A stretch of 53,434 nucleotides of DNA, filler included, from Jimgerdemannia flammicorona (taxonomy: Eukaryota), in assembly GCA_003990765.1 (NCBI GenBank). It is 2 parts of 2 records of this genome, joined end to end, with 100 filler letters (N's around TTAATTAATTAA, not from the genome) between each part and the next. Parts side by side here need not be neighbours in the genome. Positions count along the whole stretch, not along the records: positions 26,774 to 53,434 come from RBNJ01000707.1; 1 more part is not named here. One strand, given 5' to 3'. A program made the position numbers and the translations under genes. The first letter of the stretch is position 1; the number at the start of each line of letters is the position of its first letter. Below are positions 36,905 to 48,533 of the stretch, in pieces. The notes below the pieces were generated by a model. It saw only the letters and a program-made list of their open reading frames with translations, did not search any database and was not told where the DNA came from.

Positions 36905-38044
36905 ATGAGCTTTATCTCGCGACCATCTTCAAGGGAGTCGAGAATAACCAAATACTTCACTCCCGCTCCTACCCCAAAGCCATCGATACATTCTCGCACA
37001 CCGCCTCCCGTTACTCCGCCTCCAACCTCTTTCGGGACATGGGATAACGAATCAAGACCAACCTCTGCACTGCCTTCACATGCTCCGTCCACAGCCACGG
37101 ACAAGTCCGTTCCTGTAGACGCAAATCCGGAAAGCAAGATGATGCATAATAATAATAACAATGGGGTACTTGAAACTCGCACTGTTCATTTCTGCGAAAC
37201 CCAAGAGCAGAGAAACCCCTCGGACACGCGCCTGCCATTCAATCCGTCAACCATCGTAGAGAAAGATACCCGGGCAATGTTGCCGTCAATGGAGTTTCTC
37301 CAAGATTCCATTTCAATAGATGCCGATCACCATCTGTTGCAAGGATCCGTCAGCACGTCCGCGCAACATGACCCGATCCATCGCGACTATACAACTTCGG
37401 CAAGCTTGAACACAACGGCGTCTACCCCAGATTCCTTGGCCAACCACTACACTGATTACTATGATAACAACTCCTTTTCCAGTAAGGAGGTGGACAACGA
37501 CAACGAGAGCAGAGGAAGACGCGGCAGGGAAACGTGGCGATCCGGCCTGCCGTCCAACGTGGCCACTCCGGCGTCAACCATCATCCGGCACCGCACACCA
37601 CAAGTCCGATCACTGATGGCCCGTAGGCTGCCCGAGTTTCCCGTGCGAACCATGTGCCCGCACTGCTCCAGGCTGGTGACGACGGAGACGAGGCCAAGGA
37701 GGGGAGTCTTTGCGTTCTTGATGAGCGCGATACTGTAAGTGCTCAAAATTGCATTTCCAGCGGGAAGCTCTCGGATTACAGGACTTAGGCACATGTTACT
37801 TTCCACCATTACTGTATAGACTGGTTTTCACGATTGTTCTCGCGCCACTCCCTTTCTGCGTCGATTGGTTCAACGGTGAGTGTTTTTTGTCGTTTGGTTT
37901 AGCTCCATCTGTCAGCTGCATAATGTCTCTGATTGTTTATTTGTTCTATTGTCCCCCCCCTCTCTCAAAACATTTTTACCTTCAGACGTGTTGCACGTCT
38001 GCCCTGCGTGTGGTGGGAAGATTGGACGATATCGCCGGTTCTAG
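36905..38044 (+). CDS. LITAF-like zinc-ribbon membrane-associated protein
   Basis: PVRTMCPHCSRLVTT + hydrophobic segment + LPFCVDWFNDVLHVCPACGGKIGRYRRF. Exons 36905-37734, 37820-37875, 37986-38044. Confidence 0.85.
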
Positions 38045-38242
38045 AGGAAGAGGCGCGTGGGTGGGCATGTGTTATCGGATGTAGCCAACCTAATCTGCAC
38101 ATAATCCACCATCCATCCATATGCATTGCAATGATATAATAATAATAAAACCCAAACCCAAAATCCACATCGCATGTGACTGGCCATTCCACTCATTACC
38201 GCCGTCTCCGCCTTCTTCCCCCCCAAAAAGCCAAGCCGAACA

Positions 38243-41200
38243 ATGGCCCTCCAGCCCTACCACAATTCCACCCTTCTTCCAGAAAACCTTGCCTCCTTGA
38301 TCACCGCAATCTCCATTGCCACTCGTTTGTCGCTACGATGTAGTTCCCTTTTCATCGAGGTCTTGCTGGAGGCCGCAAAGTACAGCACTAGCTTCGGCCT
38401 GGGCTTGAGCCGCCAAGCACTCATTGCCGCCGTCTCTAGCGCCAAGCGGCTGCACATGCTGAAGATTGGGGCCACAGAAGGGCTCGGCCCTGATGTGGGC
38501 GGGTATGTATTGTCCAGGCTTTATTCTACGACGCCCTACTCTGTCCAAGACACTCACATCTATTGTGCCTTCACAGCCATTGCGCACAAGTTCTTATCTT
38601 TTCGAACACATCATATCTCCCATAGAGACGGCTTCCTGCAAGTCTTGGACCAATATACAAACCTCGGCATCTACATCATCCACCACTCATTTACCCTCGC
38701 GGAATTATTTGCCATGTCCGGATTTCACCTTACTTCACAGACATTCAAGACGGGGTTCAAGGTATGGTTACATCTGACGACCGAAAATTTGGGAGCATCG
38801 CCGAGGCTCGCATTGCTAAAGTATCCTTTGTGTGTTATCTTCCATTCATACAAGGCTGCAGAAGAATCCGTTCGTGTCGTGGATGGTATCTTTGGAAGCA
38901 ACCAGACCAGTCGTGCCATAGCATCCATTGTTACTCTTGTCCGCCGGGAGATTAGCCAAGACGAGGATTTCAAGCTCGCGCAGGTTGGCAAGGTCGCCGT
39001 CCTTGCAGGACTAACCAAAGCCCTCACCGCATTCGCCTTCCTACAAAACGTGACGCATAAACGTACCATGATTAGTGTCAAGATGACGCACGTGTGGGAA
39101 GGCGTTGTGGTCGTGGAGGAAGACGAGAGATCAATGATCGAGTGGAACAGGAACGACGAGGGGATTGGCAGTGCGGAACGGCAAGATGCTGGCGGACTGC
39201 TGTTGGAAGGGACTCACGTCTCAAATAGTCTAGCTGCCGATGATGACGTGATAGTGGAACACCCGGATATTATCCGTGAACTAGAAGACATTCTTGCACT
39301 AGAGAATCCGGCGACCGTTGATGAACTCGGGGCTGCAAAGCACTCATCATCTCTATATGATGGTATTGCCGGCCACCGTTCTCCATCTACGGCGCCTGAT
39401 ACGTTTGAAATTGTGAAGACTACGCGAACGATTACGGTAAAAAGTACTACTATCCGGCCTATTGGACCGCATGCCGTCGAAGACGCTGATTCGTCGTCCG
39501 AATGGGTGGTAGTTTCTTCGGCCGACACTAACGCGGACCGGCTTCCCAACGGATACAAAGCGAAAACGATTGTGGTCAGAGAGGACCAGGAACAAGTCGA
39601 GTCGTTTATGGCAACAGTCCAACAAGCGAATACGGACGGGGCAATGAGCATGAACGAGCCAAGTCAAGAGTACCTGTTGCCTGGCTCATGGGTCGATACT
39701 CCGTCTCCTTCGATCAGGAACAAACTAAGAGATGACGAAAGTAAGGATAAATCGATGTCGCCCGTCAAGAGTCTGAAGATTATGTTATCGACAATGACAA
39801 AAAAGCTGCAAAAAAGAAAGGTTGAAAGAACGGAACAATACAATAACGATTGTCAAGGCGAGGACGGCGAGGGCACTTTGGAGGTAATCGCCGATAAGGC
39901 AAGATCTAAACCCCCAACCACGACGATGACAACCACGTCCACCACCATGATGACCACCACCGCGCAATACCAGGAACAACTTTCGCGGCCGTCCTCACCG
40001 TCCTCCTCCGATGATGATGCGCCTGAAACGTTTCCGGATAACGATGTCGCGCGTCCTGAAATGGAGAAGAAGTCTCGATTTGGGGCATGGGATCGATTCA
40101 GGCTCAGGAGCAAGGCGACAGCTGCGTTTGCATTCGGTGGTTCCGGATCCCATTCAAAGTCGAATGCAAACAATCATGGTGAACCCCATTCGCGTGATGC
40201 CATAAGTACGTCGAAGGGTGAAAGTTCATCTTCCCCGCTGTCGAGTTATGGTGGCCCTGCGGGCTTTCCTGCTCCTATGACGCCGCTCTATGTCGAAGAT
40301 GAGATTCAGCGAAATGACCCCTCTACAGCCTCGTATCTTAGTTCAAGGGGAACATTTGGACGTCGTCGCACACATTCTCTTACCAGTATCGCTTCAATCC
40401 AAAGCGTCGCTCATACAACCACCACCACCACGTATACCACAACGCCGTCCGGGAGAGCAACGCCATCTTTTGAACCAGGTGCATCTCAAAGTTCGCCATC
40501 ATCTTTCAACAATTGCGCCCCCGTGAACACGGTATCTCCCCTCGATTTGGAGCCAAGCCCCCACAACTTCCCGCGGAGCCACCTTATACAAAATATTGGC
40601 CGATTTATGCGCTACGCTTCCGCTGCTTATGGCGAAAGTTTTATGAGGATTCTGGGCATTGGGTCGATACCACATGTTCTTCCTGTCAGCCATCACCACC
40701 ACCCTAACCACCACGCCTTCTCACATCATACTGGCGTCCCAGTCGAGGACATATTACTATCGAGTTACACAGATCGCACCATGTTCAATATCAATAACCC
40801 TCAAATCCACGCTCTGGTGCACTACGTAACAGTCGACCACAACGCACAGGCGGTAGTGCTTACCTGCCGCGGGACTCTTGGGCTGAGCGACGTGTTAACA
40901 GATCTGACGTGTGAGTACGCCGAGTTCGTCCTCCCGTGTGACAAGGAAGTTGAGGATGACGATCTAGCCGGGCCAGCAGGGTTGCGGCGGAAATTCAGAG
41001 CTCACGCTGGCATGCTAGGTAGTGCGCAGCTGCTGGCGACGCAGAAGGGTAAGGTGTATCGTATCATCAAGGACGCGCTGGAGAAATGGAGCGAATACGG
41101 CCTGGTCCTATGTGGACATTCTTTGGGTGCGGGAGTTGCGAGCTTGCTCAGCGTGCTGTGGAGTGAGGAACGTGACCTGTTCCTTACCAGAGAGAAGGAG

Positions 41201-41947
41201 AAGGTGATTGGGCTCACGGGATTTGCGGAGCACACAATACCATTCGTGACCTCGGGCGTATCTGGTTTACCCGCCGGCAGACCGATACATTGTTACGCTT
41301 ACGGTGTTCCTTGTACAATGTCGTTGGAGCTGGCAAAATATTGTGGCCGAGGGCTGGTAACCTCTGTCGTACATTCTTACGACATTGTCCCTAGCTTGTC
41401 CCTTGGGCTGCTGAAGGATTTCAAGAACGTGGCGATGAGCTTGCATGAGGAAGGCAAAGTGACAGAGGAGATTTTAGCTCGGATCCTGGGCAAGTACCGC
41501 AAATCACGACGTGGCGCCACGAGTGGGAGTGAGTTTTTCACTGATCCTATCCCGGACACCAGCACTGATGCATCCACTTCGATATCCATTACGCCGTTAG
41601 AGAACGAAGATGAGGACGATCAGTGGTTTTGGGCGTTGATAAAAACAATGCGTGCGGATATGCGTGCGGACAAACTGTACCCGCCGTTGACGCTGTACCA
41701 TATCGAGGCGATTCCGCAGCTTGCGGTGCATATGGACGCGCAATTGCGCACAGCACATGCGGCGGCGAAGACGGAGCGGACAAAGCAAGCATATAAAGTT
41801 GTGTTCAAGCGATGCGATGATGTGGAAGCAAGGTTCTCAGAGATTGTGTTTTCGAGGAGCATGTTCTCGGATCATTCACCGAGAGAATATGAGAAATGCG
41901 TGGAACTGTTATGGAGAGGGGTTTTGGCGAAGGGTGAGGATATCTGA
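38243..41947 (+). CDS. Class 3 lipase (DAG-lipase-like) with long N-terminal extension
   Basis: FMRYASAAYG, VVLTCRGTLGLSDVLTDL, HAGML, LVLCGHSLGAG (GxSxG), DIVPSL, FSDH. Probable introns 38503-38625 and 38762-38854. Confidence 0.85.
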   Translation: MALQPYHNSTLLPENLASLITAISIATRLSLRCSSLFIEVLLEAAKYSTSFGLGLSRQALIAAVSSAKRLHMLKIGATEGLGPDVGGYVLSRLYSTTPYSVQDTHIYCAFTAIAHKFLSFRTHHISHRDGFLQVLDQYTNLGIYIIHHSFTLAELFAMSGFHLTSQTFKTGFKVWLHLTTENLGASPRLALLKYPLCVIFHSYKAAEESVRVVDGIFGSNQTSRAIASIVTLVRREISQDEDFKLAQVGKVAVLAGLTKALTAFAFLQNVTHKRTMISVKMTHVWEGVVVVEEDERSMIEWNRNDEGIGSAERQDAGGLLLEGTHVSNSLAADDDVIVEHPDIIRELEDILALENPATVDELGAAKHSSSLYDGIAGHRSPSTAPDTFEIVKTTRTITVKSTTIRPIGPHAVEDADSSSEWVVVSSADTNADRLPNGYKAKTIVVREDQEQVESFMATVQQANTDGAMSMNEPSQEYLLPGSWVDTPSPSIRNKLRDDESKDKSMSPVKSLKIMLSTMTKKLQKRKVERTEQYNNDCQGEDGEGTLEVIADKARSKPPTTTMTTTSTTMMTTTAQYQEQLSRPSSPSSSDDDAPETFPDNDVARPEMEKKSRFGAWDRFRLRSKATAAFAFGGSGSHSKSNANNHGEPHSRDAISTSKGESSSSPLSSYGGPAGFPAPMTPLYVEDEIQRNDPSTASYLSSRGTFGRRRTHSLTSIASIQSVAHTTTTTTYTTTPSGRATPSFEPGASQSSPSSFNNCAPVNTVSPLDLEPSPHNFPRSHLIQNIGRFMRYASAAYGESFMRILGIGSIPHVLPVSHHHHPNHHAFSHHTGVPVEDILLSSYTDRTMFNINNPQIHALVHYVTVDHNAQAVVLTCRGTLGLSDVLTDLTCEYAEFVLPCDKEVEDDDLAGPAGLRRKFRAHAGMLGSAQLLATQKGKVYRIIKDALEKWSEYGLVLCGHSLGAGVASLLSVLWSEERDLFLTREKEKVIGLTGFAEHTIPFVTSGVSGLPAGRPIHCYAYGVPCTMSLELAKYCGRGLVTSVVHSYDIVPSLSLGLLKDFKNVAMSLHEEGKVTEEILARILGKYRKSRRGATSGSEFFTDPIPDTSTDASTSISITPLENEDEDDQWFWALIKTMRADMRADKLYPPLTLYHIEAIPQLAVHMDAQLRTAHAAAKTERTKQAYKVVFKRCDDVEARFSEIVFSRSMFSDHSPREYEKCVELLWRGVLAKGEDI

Positions 41948-42404
41948 GGGGCTATGATTATTTATAAGTGAAAATTTTGTACTGCTGCATCTTCGCCTAT
42001 ATATTTCCTACCAAATGTCATATTTCTGAGCAATCTGATAAAAAGACACAAGTCTTGCAAAGGTCCTATTTCTCAGAAAGTAAGTCTCAGCACCAGTAAG
42101 ATATTGCAGAAGGATGTTGCATGCACTATTGACATGCTTGTCAACCTCAGCCTTGCAACTTGGGGTAGAAGAAAATCTTCGATTCATCCAGATCAAGCGG
42201 ATAGCTACAGCTTCCGCACATCTTACTGGTGTACTCCTCCATACATAGGAGGATATGGTATATACCAAGGATTTGTAGTGCGACCATGTGCAAGAACATA
42301 CCCCTAGGAAATAGGGTCTTTGCAGGACTTGTGACGTTTGTTAGGAAATACATATAATTATCACCTGCAACTTCCCAGTGGCTTATGTCTTTGAATTTTC
42401 TCTC

Positions 42405-44466
42405 ATGGAGACGACTTTCTACTCAATTCGTTGTGCCCTGTGCGAATCAATCTTCCTTTCTGACGAGGTGTGCCAGACGGAGATATTATGTGCGTCGTGC
42501 AAAGATCCGACAAGGACCATTACATGGGAGTATACTGAGGAAAGGGGATTTGCTCCTTCATCAACCAATCAACAACCTGCCCAACTCTTTGACCCAGCAT
42601 CCGAGGCCCAACAAAGTTTCCCCATGGAGTTGACATTCTACTCCATTAAGTGTGCCCTGTGCAAATACATCTTCCTTTCTGACAAGGCGTGCCACACCGA
42701 GACATTATGTGCATCGTGTCAAGATCAGCAACCTGCCCAACTCTCTGACGCAGAGTCCGAGGCCGACCCCTACAACCTCCCCCCGCCTACCGCCGACACG
42801 CTTTTGCGCTATTACAAACTGTTCGAGGGCCACCAGCACCAGATTCTTTCCGAGTCAAAATATGGGTGGATTGGAGCGGTTGATAAGCAGCCGCGCAATC
42901 TGCCCACTTCGCACGTCGGCCGCTCGCACTGGACCGTCACGGAGAAGAACAGGTTCTTTCGTGGCGTCGAGAGGTTCGGAAAGTGGGATGTGCGGAAAAT
43001 CGCGAATTTAGTTGGGACCAAGAGCGTTGTCGAGTGCGGGATATATCTGCAGGTGCTGGAACAGGGTCTCACGACGAGCCCGAAAGGCATGTTTCGCTTT
43101 CCAGAATTTTTACGGTTACCCGTTGGACATCTTATAATCTTCCCTCTGGCTGAAATCGCGTCCATCTTATCCCTCCACACACCTTCCCAGGCTACTTGCT
43201 AAAAGATAAAGTGCAACAATATCATAGGCAAATCTCCGCCCGCGAGGTCTCGGATGCGTGGGTCGCCTTCGAGGAACGCGAGGCCACTCGTGTTGAACGC
43301 GAGCTCGAGCGCAAAGAGATCGCAAAGGTGACGGGTAAGTCGTACGAGTGGTGGGAGCAGAAGGCCATGACGGAAAAAGAACGCAAGGGGCTCGAGATGT
43401 TCCGTCTGGATTACATGGCCAGACTGACTACGACGTAAGACATCCTCATAGTGTATTTGGGTTTGTGTTGTGTTGTGAAGGGAGAAGGTTAGCGGTCGAT
43501 GTGGCGCGAAAGTATCTCAACGTTGAACTGTTGCATCCGATATGTAATCGACCCAGTGTATACGTCCAACATAGCGACGCAGGCGTATTCCGCAGTACCG
43601 TGATCTACTTCCATGCCATCCTCCGCGCGTGGCTTGCACGTGTGATACATGACGCCATCGTGTTAGCCGAGGAGCGAAATAGGGCTCGCACAGAGGCGCG
43701 GAAGTTGGTTAGTGCTATTGTATTTTTATTTATTTGTGGTGGAAAAGAAAGGGGAAGGGGGAGTGTTATTGTGTCAACGCATGCTCTGAAAGTGGGACGG
43801 TACTAGCGACACACTCGACCCTATCCCCACGTCTTGCAGCTAATGCGCAGCGACGTGGCGGCTGCCCTCCGTCGGCAGTGGTTGTTCTGCACGCGTCCGC
43901 TGCCCACGATGTCGCGCGAGGAGTACCTGGGTGGCATGGCGAGGCGGCTCGAGAAGACGGTGGTGGATGATGATGGGGTCGAAATTGGTGACGAAATCGT
44001 GCTTGAGGAGAAGACGCAGCCAAAAACGTGGAGGATGAAGAAAACCGGGGTGTGGAAGGCTAAGGAAAGGGAGGAACAGATGGAGGAGGTGGAAGGTGGG
44101 TATATGGAAGATGATGCGGGATGGGTGCGGGAGAATGGGATACACGATTCTGATGAAGACGGCATGACCCGTTCTCAGCGCAGGCGCAAGAGGATACTGC
44201 AGGAAGGGTACTTTGCTCAGCGCGTGCGTAAGAAGTTGCTGCTGGAAGAGATGTACGATCCTGATGAAGACGGCATGACCCGTACTCAGCGCAACTGCAA
44301 GAGGAGGCGCGAAAAGAAGCTCGAGCAGCAAGATATGCAGCTGGATGAGAAGCTCGAGCAGCAATATATACAGCTGGACGTAGAATATGAGCAAGAGCTT
44401 TGGAAGAGGATGGGCGTTGAGAAACCGGCGAGGGAGCCAGAGCCAGGGACTCTTAACAGAGAGTAA
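42405..44466 (+). CDS. Myb/SANT + histone-fold protein, Rrn5-like (Pol I UAF subunit), with duplicated N-terminal C4 fingers
   Basis: WTVTEKNRFFRGVERFG…IANLVGTKSVVECGIYLQVLE, SAREVSDAWVAFEEREA, ILRAWLARVIHDAIVLAEER…MRSDVAAAL. GC-AG intron 43087-43190 restores the frame. Confidence 0.65.
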
Positions 44467-44910
44467 TTTCGGAAAATCTCAGTTCTGTTGATAGGAATTT
44501 CAGTAGAGTAATTTTGCTTAGCTTTCAGTAGAGAGAGTAATTAGATATATTCTCGATTAGCAACAGCTTGCTATTTCATGTGTAGATTTTTGGTTTGGAT
44601 GTTCTTTTCCATAAGTTGAATATATAAATAAAAAACAAATAAGATGAAAAAATGTAACGTATACAGTAAGCACAAAGTATAACAACATTGAAACGCAAGA
44701 AATGCATGCACGAGAATATTATATTAGCAGACTGCACAATAGTGTCAGCGACAACGTCAACCAAAAAAAAAAAGAGGAACTACTAGCGCTGGTAACAAAG
44801 GTTGATGGCCTAAACTTCACGTCACAACCATAAATGGTAATCATAATTATTTTTTTGCAAAAAGAAATTCGCACACGCCACTTTCAAACCCTCACTCACA
44901 TTCGACCGAA

Positions 44911-46189
44911 ATGGCTGCTGAACTCACTCACACTTCTGTGAATGATGGCTGGTTCCGCGAACGTAGTACCCTTTGGCCTGGTCAAGGTAATCAGCTCACC
45001 CTTTAGTTCATCGTTGACTCTTACAACAGATTATCATGACGCTGTACACTCGGCTCTTAGCCATGTCCATCCAGGTCAAGAAGATCCTACACGTTGAAAA
45101 ATCTTTGTATCAGGACGTCTTGGCTTTCGAGTCCACCGACTACGGTAATGTACTCGTTCTTGACGGGGTTATTCAAGCAACCGAACGCGACGAATTCAGC
45201 TATCAGGAGATGATAACTCATATCGCCATGAATTCTCACCCGGAGCCGAAAAAGGCACGGAATATATTTCGTTTATTGCATGAGACTTTCCAGAACCCAA
45301 CAAACGCTGCAATTCCTTTGACATGGTACGATTGTGCCAACAATACCCTCTCCCATCTCGTTTCTCCTCACCTTCAGGTCCTCGTCATTGGCGGCGGCGA
45401 CGGAGGAGTCCTCCGTGAAGTCGTCAAGCACAATTGTGTCGAGGAAGTTGTGCTTTGTGAGATTGACGAAGCTGTTCCTCGCGTCTCAAAGCTCTTCCTG
45501 CCCGATATGGCCAAGGGTTTTGAGCATTCCAAAGTCACCGTTCACATCGGCGATGGGTTCCCTTATCTGGAAGATAAGAAGGATAGCTTTGATATAATCA
45601 TTACCGATTCTTCGGATCCTGTGGGTGAGTCGGTGATAGGGTATTGAGGTTGCTATTGGTACCTTTTCTTCTTTGTAGCTCGAATCCACACTCAACATGA
45701 TCGATATTCTTTCATATCTGGTTGAGCTTTACTTAGGCCCTGCCGCATCGCTCTTCCAGCGCACTTTTTTCGAGCTAATGAAAAACGCCCTACGTCCTGG
45801 AGGCATCATCAGCACTCAAGGTACGCATTTCTGCCATTTTGTTTGTAGCGTCAACGTTGGATAAATCTTGTCTCACCCATGTTTCTTTCATATCAGGCGA
45901 ATGCATGTGGCTCCATCTCCCCCTGATCAAGGAAGTCCATACATTCTGCCGTGAGCTCTTCCCTGTGGCCGAATATGCCTACACCACCATCCCAACATAC
46001 CCGGCGGGGCAGATTGGGTTTATGATCTGCTGCAATGAGGCTGGACGCGATGTGCGCAGGCCACTGAGACGGTGGACAGAGGATGAGGAGGACGAACTTT
46101 GCAGGTATTATAATGCGGAGGTGCATGAGGCAGCGTTTGTTGTGCCGCAATTTGTCAGGCGCGCATTGAAGTCGAAGCCGATCCCCTGA
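44911..46189 (+). CDS. SPE3: Spermidine synthase
   Basis: [77 protein letters not shown]. Exons 44911-44986, 45061-45254, 45378-45624, 45737-45820, 45897-46189. Confidence 0.96.
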
Positions 46190-46275
46190 TTTTTAATAAT
46201 AAAGAAGACAGTCACGGTGGCTGACAACAACCATGGAAAGAAAAGATTGGTCATCCTACTCTCTACACATTTGCG

Positions 46276-47492
46276 ATGGAGTACAAACCGGTCGTCACCG
46301 AGCAGTTCATGTACGCGTTCCCGATCTGTGTGTTTATTACAACTAGTCCCATTGCTCGATCCTAACTACTTGAAACCATGTTGCTCCAGTCTATGCTGCT
46401 CTTGCGGTACCCCCGTCGCCCCAAACCCCGCCAATATGTGTGTGAACTGCATCCGCAACGAGGTCGACATCACCGAAGGCATACCAAAGCATGTCACCTT
46501 GCATTTCTGCCGCAACTGCGAACGCTACCTGCAACCCCCGCAATTTTGGATTAAAGCCGATCTCGAGAGCCGGGAGCTGCTTGCGCTGTGTCTGAAGAAG
46601 TTGAAGGGTTTGAGTAAAGTACGGCTAGTGGATGCAGGCTTCATTTGGACAGAGGTATTTAATCGAATGATGTTCACACAAAATTGCAGCCGCACGCTCG
46701 AGTGTGTTTTATTCTTTACCAATCAGCAGATTGGAATTAACCAACAAACTCTGTATATGCTTAGCCTCACAGCCGAAGAATCAAGGTCAAACTCTCGATC
46801 CAAAAAGAAGTTTTCGCCGCAACCATCCTCCAACAGATCTTTGAAGTCGAGTACACCGTCTCATACCAACAGTGCGATGAATGCACACGTGTCGCAGCAC
46901 AGAACACGTGGAAAGCCATGGTCCAGGTCCGCCAGAAAGTCGAGCACAAGCGCACCTTCTTATACCTAGAGCAGCTCATCCTCAAACACAACGCGCACAA
47001 AGATACCGTTAACATCAAGGAGGTAAAAGATGGTATTGATTTTTACTACTCGCAGCGCGCACATGCGATCAAGATGTGCGAGTTTCTCAATGCGGTTGTA
47101 CCAGTAAAGTACGTGTCCTACTCTATGATTCTTGGTTTCTAACGTTGACTTTCGGTGCGCTTAAACATCTAATGATTATTCTTCCACGCTATTGTGTAGA
47201 TCGAAATCAAGCGAACAGTTGGTTTCCACAGACATCCACAGCGGCACCAGCAATTACAAGTTCTCATACTCGGGTAAGTGAAAAGTTTCTTGGTGGTGCT
47301 GTCACTTCGCTAGTCCTGGTCGATTTTTCCTGGCGTGATCCATTGCACGGAGACTCATGCGCCTGACTTGAATATACAGTGGAAATTGTTCCGATATGTA
47401 AAGACGACCTGATTTGTCTGCCGCGTAAATTGGCCCAGTCGCTTGGAAATTTGAAGTATGTATTACTTCCTATTCCGTTTCATACCTCTCCA

Positions 47493-47524
<32 letters not shown>

Positions 47525-48316
47525 GGGAAGGGGGGAGGGAGAGGACCTTTATCAATATTCATTCTGTTCATCTTGAATTCATTCAGCCAGCTTTGTCTCT
47601 GCACACGTGTGGGTAACTCTATCCATGTCGTAGACGTTAATACTCTCAATCAGTCTGACGTGACTTCCCCTGTGTTCTGGCGGACCCCCTTCTCGGCACT
47701 AGCGACCGCCAAAGAGCAGATTGAATATTACGTACTTGACGTGGAACCCCTCGGCCCTGTGAAGGGCAAACACGTTCTCGCGGACGTGCACGTAGCGCGA
47801 AGTGCCGATTTCGGCCGCAACGATACAACTTACTTCGCACGTTCGCATCTGGGAGGAATCCTCAAAGCTGGCGACATTGTTTTGGGTTACGACATGACCC
47901 GATCCAATTTCAATGACGACAACTTTGATGCACTAAACCGCAATGCGCTACCTGACGTCATACTGGTCAAAAAGACGTATCCGGCACGGCGCAAGAAGCA
48001 CAAGCAACGCGCTTGGAAGTTGGCACAACTCGCGAAGGAAGAGGAAGAAATGTTGCCGCGGAAGGCAGATCAGGAGAGGATCGAACACGATTATGAGATG
48101 TTCTTGCGGGATTTGGAGGAGGATGTGGAGCTCAGGCAGACGGTGAATATCTTCAAGAATAAAAATATACTAGAGAAGCGGGAGAACGAGATGGTGGTGG
48201 ACGAGAGCGATATGGATGAAGAGGGAGAGGATTTCCCGGAAATCTCATTGGAGGAAATGATGGATGATTTAAAATTGAACGATGGAGAGGAGGACGAAGA
48301 GGATATAACAGTATAG
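46276..48316 (+). CDS. NMD3: 60S ribosomal export adaptor Nmd3
   Basis: MEY…ILCCSCGTPVAPNPANMCVNC, RLVDAGFIWTEPHSRRIKVK, VQVRQKVEHKRTFLYLEQLILKH, VEIVPICKDDL, DYEMFLRDLEED. Exons 46276-46310, 46390-46654, 46765-47108, 47200-47273, 47380-47455, 47587-48316. Confidence 0.95.
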
Positions 48317-48533
48317 AATGTTTTGTATTTGATTAGTGCGTATGTACTTTCCCCTATGTCACATTGGCTATGTTCGTTATGAATGTATTAGATGGCTAAC
48401 GACATCACCATGGTGTGCTGTGATCAGGATTGTGCATAATAAAGCATGCAAAGAATATCCGACTAAAAACATCTCATTGATGATACGCAAATATGCTTTC
48501 CAGAGCGAAACAGCATACCTACACCCAGTATCA

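Noticed and set aside
30368..47018. Numerous antisense and alternative-frame ORFs overlapping KIP3, the lipase, the Rrn5-like gene and NMD3
   Set aside because: Shadow ORFs of real coding sequence with no recognisable motifs.
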